Source: Planctomycetota bacterium
GTDB taxonomy: Bacteria > Planctomycetota > UBA8108 > SXIK01
Length of the DNA: 64,000 nucleotides
Reading direction: 5' to 3'
NCBI GenBank assembly: GCA_965223265.1
Contig: OZ244999.1
Span: forward strand, 1,600,001-1,664,000
The stretch's first letter is position 1; the number at the start of each line of letters is the position of its first letter. Position numbers and translations under genes: made by a program. Below the pieces are notes generated by a model that was not told the origin of the DNA, did no database searches, and saw nothing but the letters and a program-made list of their open reading frames with translations. Shown here in pieces: positions 59,665 to 64,000 of the stretch.

Positions 59665-60726
59665 ATGCATCAAATCCGCCAGTGGCGCAAGGAGCCCGGT
59701 GCGCGTCTTCAAGGTTCGCGCGATCTGGACAGCGCGAAGCTTCAGGCGCCGTGTATCGTGGCGCTGCCGGGAGGTGGCTACCGACTCTTCTACACAGCCG
59801 TCGGACCAGCGAAGCCGTATCCGGCCTGCCAAGGATACATCTTGAGCGCGATTTCGGCAGACGGTCTTCGATTCCGTCCCGAACCGGGGATTCGATTGGC
59901 GCCGGATTCACGCGTGCCTCATAGAAGCCTCCGCCTCATCGCGCCCACCGTTGTACCGCTCGCCGACGGGCGTTGGCGCATGTATGTTGAGTCGCGCGGA
60001 CCAGCGAATCAGCCGACGGTCATCGCCAGTGCGGTTTCCGCGGATCTTCTCGACTGGGAACACGAGGACGGTATCCGTCTCGCGTGCCAAGGCGGCGTCG
60101 GCGGGCCGCGCTACTGCCGACTTTCGGACGGTCGTGGTCGCCTCTATTTTTTTCGATCGGAATTTGGACCAGGAGGACCAGTGCGCGGACCGAGGCTGTC
60201 GCAAAGCGTCGTGAGTGCCATGACGACCGACGGCGTGCAGTTCGAGCTCGAGCCAGGATACCGGCTGCGAGACGGGCACGATGAGTTCGATGCGGTCGGA
60301 ATCACTGGAGCCGAAGTCCTCCCACCGGCAACGTCTAGCGACGCGTGGACGATGTACTATTCCGCTTGGCAAGACGTACCGGCAGGTTCGGAGGTCCCTC
60401 TCCACCCCAGTGCTGATCCGGACGCTGTGGCAAGCGGCAAAAGCGATGACTTTGCGGCGGCATCGATTGCGGCTGACATGGCGGGGTATCGCTCGCGCAT
60501 CTTTGTCGCACACTCGACTGACGGCCTTGCTTGGGAACGTGCGGGGTGCGCGATCGAGGGTGCAGGTTATGGCTCTGAGGGTATTGATGCCGTCCACGCC
60601 GAAGACATGTCTCTCACAAGGATCGGGGAACGAAAGCCCGGGGCGCCTGAAAAGCTTCGGATGTACTACGCCGCTTGCGATAATAACGGAGTCTGGCGCA
60701 TCGCGAGTGCTGTGGCCGAAACGTGA
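59665..60726 (+). CDS. Beta-propeller glycosidase-like hypothetical protein
   Basis: Repeated blades P.VV.L.DG.WRMY...SA.S.DG..W/F; start uncertain. Confidence 0.7.
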   Translation: MHQIRQWRKEPGARLQGSRDLDSAKLQAPCIVALPGGGYRLFYTAVGPAKPYPACQGYILSAISADGLRFRPEPGIRLAPDSRVPHRSLRLIAPTVVPLADGRWRMYVESRGPANQPTVIASAVSADLLDWEHEDGIRLACQGGVGGPRYCRLSDGRGRLYFFRSEFGPGGPVRGPRLSQSVVSAMTTDGVQFELEPGYRLRDGHDEFDAVGITGAEVLPPATSSDAWTMYYSAWQDVPAGSEVPLHPSADPDAVASGKSDDFAAASIAADMAGYRSRIFVAHSTDGLAWERAGCAIEGAGYGSEGIDAVHAEDMSLTRIGERKPGAPEKLRMYYAACDNNGVWRIASAVAET

Positions 60727-60796
60727 GCCATCCACTTGGATGAAAGCTTCACCTGCCGAACGATCATCCAGATCTCGACAACCGGGGAGAAAGATT

Positions 60797-62650
60797 ATGA
60801 ATTACGCGCAATCGAGGGCTTGCCGTGCGCTGTTTTGGGGCGTCGTGACATTAGCCACGCATCTCACGTTCACCTCACACGCCACCGCCGGCCCAAGGAT
60901 GACGATCGACACACCGCTTGCGCCTCCACCTTGGGCTTTGGCGCAGCGCGCACTCCTCCGTGCGAACTACGAAGCGGCCTTGGTGGCGACGGACAAGTAC
61001 ATCGATGTACGAGGTTGGGCGCGGATCACGCCGAACTGGGGCGCCATGGATGGACCTGACGATGTCATGGAGACGTATCGCCATTGGCCCCTCCTCTATG
61101 CCTTGGGGGCGCCCACGGAGATTCTTGAGATCTACAAACGGATCTGGGAGGGTCATCTCGATCAGTTCACCGATTTTCGCGAACCACTCGTCGAAGCCGC
61201 TAAGGACGGGCTTTACTACAAGGAGTTTTGTCCGTCACTCGACTGGGAACACACCGGCGAAGGCATGGCCGCCTGGTACTGGTACGGCCTCGCACGCCCA
61301 GACGACCCGCAGTATTTGATTCGAGCGCGACGTTTCGCTGGCTTCTATATGAATGAAGACCCTGAGGCTCCGAACTACGATCCGAAGCACAAGATCATTC
61401 GCAGCCTCTTCAACGGCAGCCGCGGGCCGCTACTGACGCAGGCGACGGAAGCCGAGTGGGGCGGACCGCCGCGTCCGCGTCACGATCCTCGACCTGGCCA
61501 GCTGCCGCGCACCGAGCGTTGGACGCGGCTCGGTTACACCGTGAGTCTGAGAGGAGACCATCCACAGAACATGCTGGCGACGAATCTCGCCATGACAGCG
61601 TATCTCCTCACTGGCGAGGCGAAGTATCGCGACTGGATCCTTGAGTATATTGATGCATGGGTTGAGCGCGCACGGCGAAACCGCGGCAATCTACCCAGCA
61701 ACATCGGCCTCGACGGCAGCATAGGAGGCGAGTGGGACGGCAAGTGGTGGGGTGGAGTGTACGGCTGGAACTTTCGACCACTCAATGACGATGGCTCGGA
61801 GAACCCGGGCAACAATTATGTCCTTCGCGGCGCTCGCGTCGGCTTCGGAATCGCTTACATGCTCACCCGCGACGCGAAGTACGTCGACACGCTCCGCACG
61901 CAGATCGACAACATGTATAACGCGGCCAAGGTGATCGATGGTGAGCTACGCGTGCCGCACAAGTATGGCGATAACGGCTGGTATGCTTACATCGGCAAGG
62001 AGCAGCGACGTGGCGGCAACACGAACTTTTGGAGTCGGCCAGAGTTGACGGACGTGTACCTTTGGTCGCTCAAGTCTTCCGACTTGCCGCGCCTCGCCGA
62101 TGAGGCGTGGGTCCGGTATCTGCAAGGCCAAGACCCCGGCTTCCCGCTGCGGGCTCTTGCCGACGACCACGAGCTTGTGCGTCAGAAAGTCGAACGAGTG
62201 CGAAAAGACTCAAAGACCACGGACACGCGTCAGTCGGCCGAAATGCACGATCCGACCGCAGTCGACAGCTTGTTCAACCTAATGCTCGGAGCGAACTATC
62301 CTGGTGGTGGTGGCAACGTCGTTCATGCGCAAGTGCGCTATTTCGATCCTGAGGCGAGGCGCCCCGGACTGCCGCCGGACGTCGCTGCGCTTGTCGACAC
62401 GATTCGACCTGAAGGCATCACGTTGACGCTCGTGAACGTCGATCCAGTGCGCGACCGCGAGCTCATCGTGCAGACAGGCGCCTACGCTGAGCATCGCGCC
62501 TCAGCAGTCACTGTGGCGGGCCGCCGCGCGCGTGTCGACGACTCTCAATTCAAGGTGCGTCTGGCACCTGGTGCCGGCGCGCGCATGACGATCGAGATGG
62601 AACGCTACGTCAATCAGCCGACACTCGCTCTGCCTTGGAATCAGGAGTGA
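60797..62650 (+). CDS. Secreted conserved hypothetical protein
   Basis: Signal peptide, RBS GGAG; WGAMDGPDD, DWEHTGEG, GGVYGW. Confidence 0.75.
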   Translation: MNYAQSRACRALFWGVVTLATHLTFTSHATAGPRMTIDTPLAPPPWALAQRALLRANYEAALVATDKYIDVRGWARITPNWGAMDGPDDVMETYRHWPLLYALGAPTEILEIYKRIWEGHLDQFTDFREPLVEAAKDGLYYKEFCPSLDWEHTGEGMAAWYWYGLARPDDPQYLIRARRFAGFYMNEDPEAPNYDPKHKIIRSLFNGSRGPLLTQATEAEWGGPPRPRHDPRPGQLPRTERWTRLGYTVSLRGDHPQNMLATNLAMTAYLLTGEAKYRDWILEYIDAWVERARRNRGNLPSNIGLDGSIGGEWDGKWWGGVYGWNFRPLNDDGSENPGNNYVLRGARVGFGIAYMLTRDAKYVDTLRTQIDNMYNAAKVIDGELRVPHKYGDNGWYAYIGKEQRRGGNTNFWSRPELTDVYLWSLKSSDLPRLADEAWVRYLQGQDPGFPLRALADDHELVRQKVERVRKDSKTTDTRQSAEMHDPTAVDSLFNLMLGANYPGGGGNVVHAQVRYFDPEARRPGLPPDVAALVDTIRPEGITLTLVNVDPVRDRELIVQTGAYAEHRASAVTVAGRRARVDDSQFKVRLAPGAGARMTIEMERYVNQPTLALPWNQE

Positions 62651-62703
62651 ATGCCTCAGATCCCTATTCCTTTTTTGACACGATTTTGCCGGAGACGAAG
62701 GAA

Positions 62704-63432
62704 ATGACCCGATTGTTGATTCTCTTGGCGTTGCCGTCGCTGATCGTTGCCGCCGAGTCACAGCCGCAGGTGGCTCCGCCTGAGTCAGAAGAAATGCGGA
62801 AGATTTTTAACGGCAAGAATCTCGCCGGCTGGGAAGGAGACCCTCGGCTTTGGTCGGTCAAAGATGGTGCGATTCGTGGCGAGACGACACCAGAAAAGAA
62901 AGCGAACGGTAATACCTTCCTGATCTGGGCAGGCGGCGAGACGAAAGACTTCGAGTTGCGTCTTTCGTTTCGCTGTAACGCTACGAACAACTCGGGTATC
63001 CAGTATCGCTCGAAGCATATCCAGACAGGGAAGGTGCGAAACAAGTGGGTCGTGCGCGGCTATCAGCACGAAATCCGTAACCAGATCAAGCTTCCAAGCG
63101 TCGCTGGCTTCATCTACGACGAAGGCGGCAAGCGCGGGCGAACATGTCTCGTTGGGGAGAAGGCGACATGGGAGGACGATGGCAAGAAAGTCACCGCGTC
63201 CCTGATCGATCAAGCCGGTTTCGAGAAGCTCTTCAAACTGAACGACTGGAACGACGTCGTGATCATCGCCAAAGGCAATCACATCCGTCACTACCTCAAC
63301 AACCGCCTGATCCTCGATTTTACCGATAGCCCCGAGCTCGCTCTGCGCGACGGCATCCTGGCGCTACAACTGCACGCCGGCAAACCGATGTGGGTGGAGT
63401 TTAAGAACATCCGGATTCGCGACCTGAAGTAA
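62704..63432 (+). CDS. DUF1080 (3-keto-disaccharide hydrolase-like) secreted protein
   Basis: IFNGKNLAGW, NNSGIQYRS, GYQ, WND..I, LALQLHAG..VEFKNIRI. Confidence 0.9.
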   Translation: MTRLLILLALPSLIVAAESQPQVAPPESEEMRKIFNGKNLAGWEGDPRLWSVKDGAIRGETTPEKKANGNTFLIWAGGETKDFELRLSFRCNATNNSGIQYRSKHIQTGKVRNKWVVRGYQHEIRNQIKLPSVAGFIYDEGGKRGRTCLVGEKATWEDDGKKVTASLIDQAGFEKLFKLNDWNDVVIIAKGNHIRHYLNNRLILDFTDSPELALRDGILALQLHAGKPMWVEFKNIRIRDLK

Positions 63433-63446
63433 CGGTGCGTCCGGTC

Positions 63447-63514
63447 GAGGCGGAGGCGGAGACAGAGGCGGAGGCGGAGACAGAGGCGGAGGCGGAGGCG
63501 GAGGCGGAGACAGA
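63447..63514 (+). repeat. Hexamer microsatellite (GAGGCG/GAGACA)n
   Basis: About 11 hexamer units between convergent genes. Confidence 0.85.
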
Positions 63515-63652
63515 AAGGCCGCACTCACCCACCCACGCCCACGCAAACGCCCACGCAAACCGTCGGCGACAACCGTTACCGAGTTACTCTCAAAAGAAAT
63601 GACGGCAAGAAATGGCTGGGGCGCGCCACTTTAGCAAAATCAGATCAGACGG

Positions 63653-64000
63653 TCAGTAGAGGCAGATGGCCCGCCCCGGCGCGCCATGCGCGCCCCGGAT
63701 TTTGGGCGCCGCGAATAGAAAGTAAGCGTTCTCGGGGATCTCATCGGCATGGATGAGGAACTCGACGCCGACCATGCCTTTGCTGCCGAGCGCCCAGTAG
63801 GTCCAGAGAGCTGCCTTCGGATCGACGCCGCCGAGCGTTGGTCCGTCGGTCGCGATGCAGCGGATGCCTTTGGCGGCGAGATAGTGAACTGCCGCGGCAC
63901 TGACCGCGGGCCAACCCTCGCTCACACCATTGAGCGGATCGGCCATGCATGCCGTGCCATCAGGAAAGGGCTTGAACGTGCGGTCGCTGTGGGCACTGAC
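63653..64000 (-). CDS. Cyclase-family (kynurenine formamidase-like) protein, 5' end beyond the window
   Basis: AVHYLAAKGIRCIATDGPT...GVEFL...PKIRGAHGAPGRA; frame open to the window edge. Confidence 0.8.
   Translation of the reverse strand, partial: VSAHSDRTFKPFPDGTACMADPLNGVSEGWPAVSAAAVHYLAAKGIRCIATDGPTLGGVDPKAALWTYWALGSKGMVGVEFLIHADEIPENAYFLFAAPKIRGAHGAPGRAICLY

Noticed and set aside
60281-60796. 5' extensions of ORFs 60281-62650, 59341-60726 and 54115-55053
   Set aside because: They overlap other genes or repeats; downstream ATGs with RBS or signal peptides fit better

Overview
GC-rich bacterial chromosomal segment. Gene content (DUF1549/DUF1553 plus DUF1501 pair, four sulfatases, dockerin-like FG-GAP protein, H4MPT/methanofuran C1 genes) points to a planctomycete; this is an inference. 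Main parts: (1) 1-7.2 kb mixed genes (MerR, ATL, sulfatase, PLP decarboxylase). (2) 7.3-25.7 kb divergent locus: ECF sigma, membrane protein, DUF2723/TMEM260-like protein O-mannosyltransferase and GT2 on the minus strand; polyprenol-phosphate-mannose synthase, Ig-like protein, membrane-anchored RHS protein with a Cys-rich tip and a TlpA thioredoxin on the plus strand. Two IS insertions in this locus can be reconstructed from their inverted repeats and target duplications. (3) 25.7-29.6 kb mobile debris: RAYT with tandem repeats, small protein plus amber-interrupted dCTP deaminase, nucleotidyltransferase pair. (4) 29.6-41.1 kb C1 cluster mfnB ... ftr-fwdD-fwdB-fwdA-fwdC. Its fwdB has an in-frame UGA at the W/Mo-ligand position followed by a bacterial SECIS-like hairpin, suggesting a selenocysteine formylmethanofuran dehydrogenase rather than the cofactor-less Fhc. 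(5) 41-64 kb catabolic genes, an Rpn nuclease and REP elements. Three copies of one MITE (32.2, 46.9, 55.1 kb) each sit on a stop codon. All product calls come from motif recognition by eye; no database searches were run.
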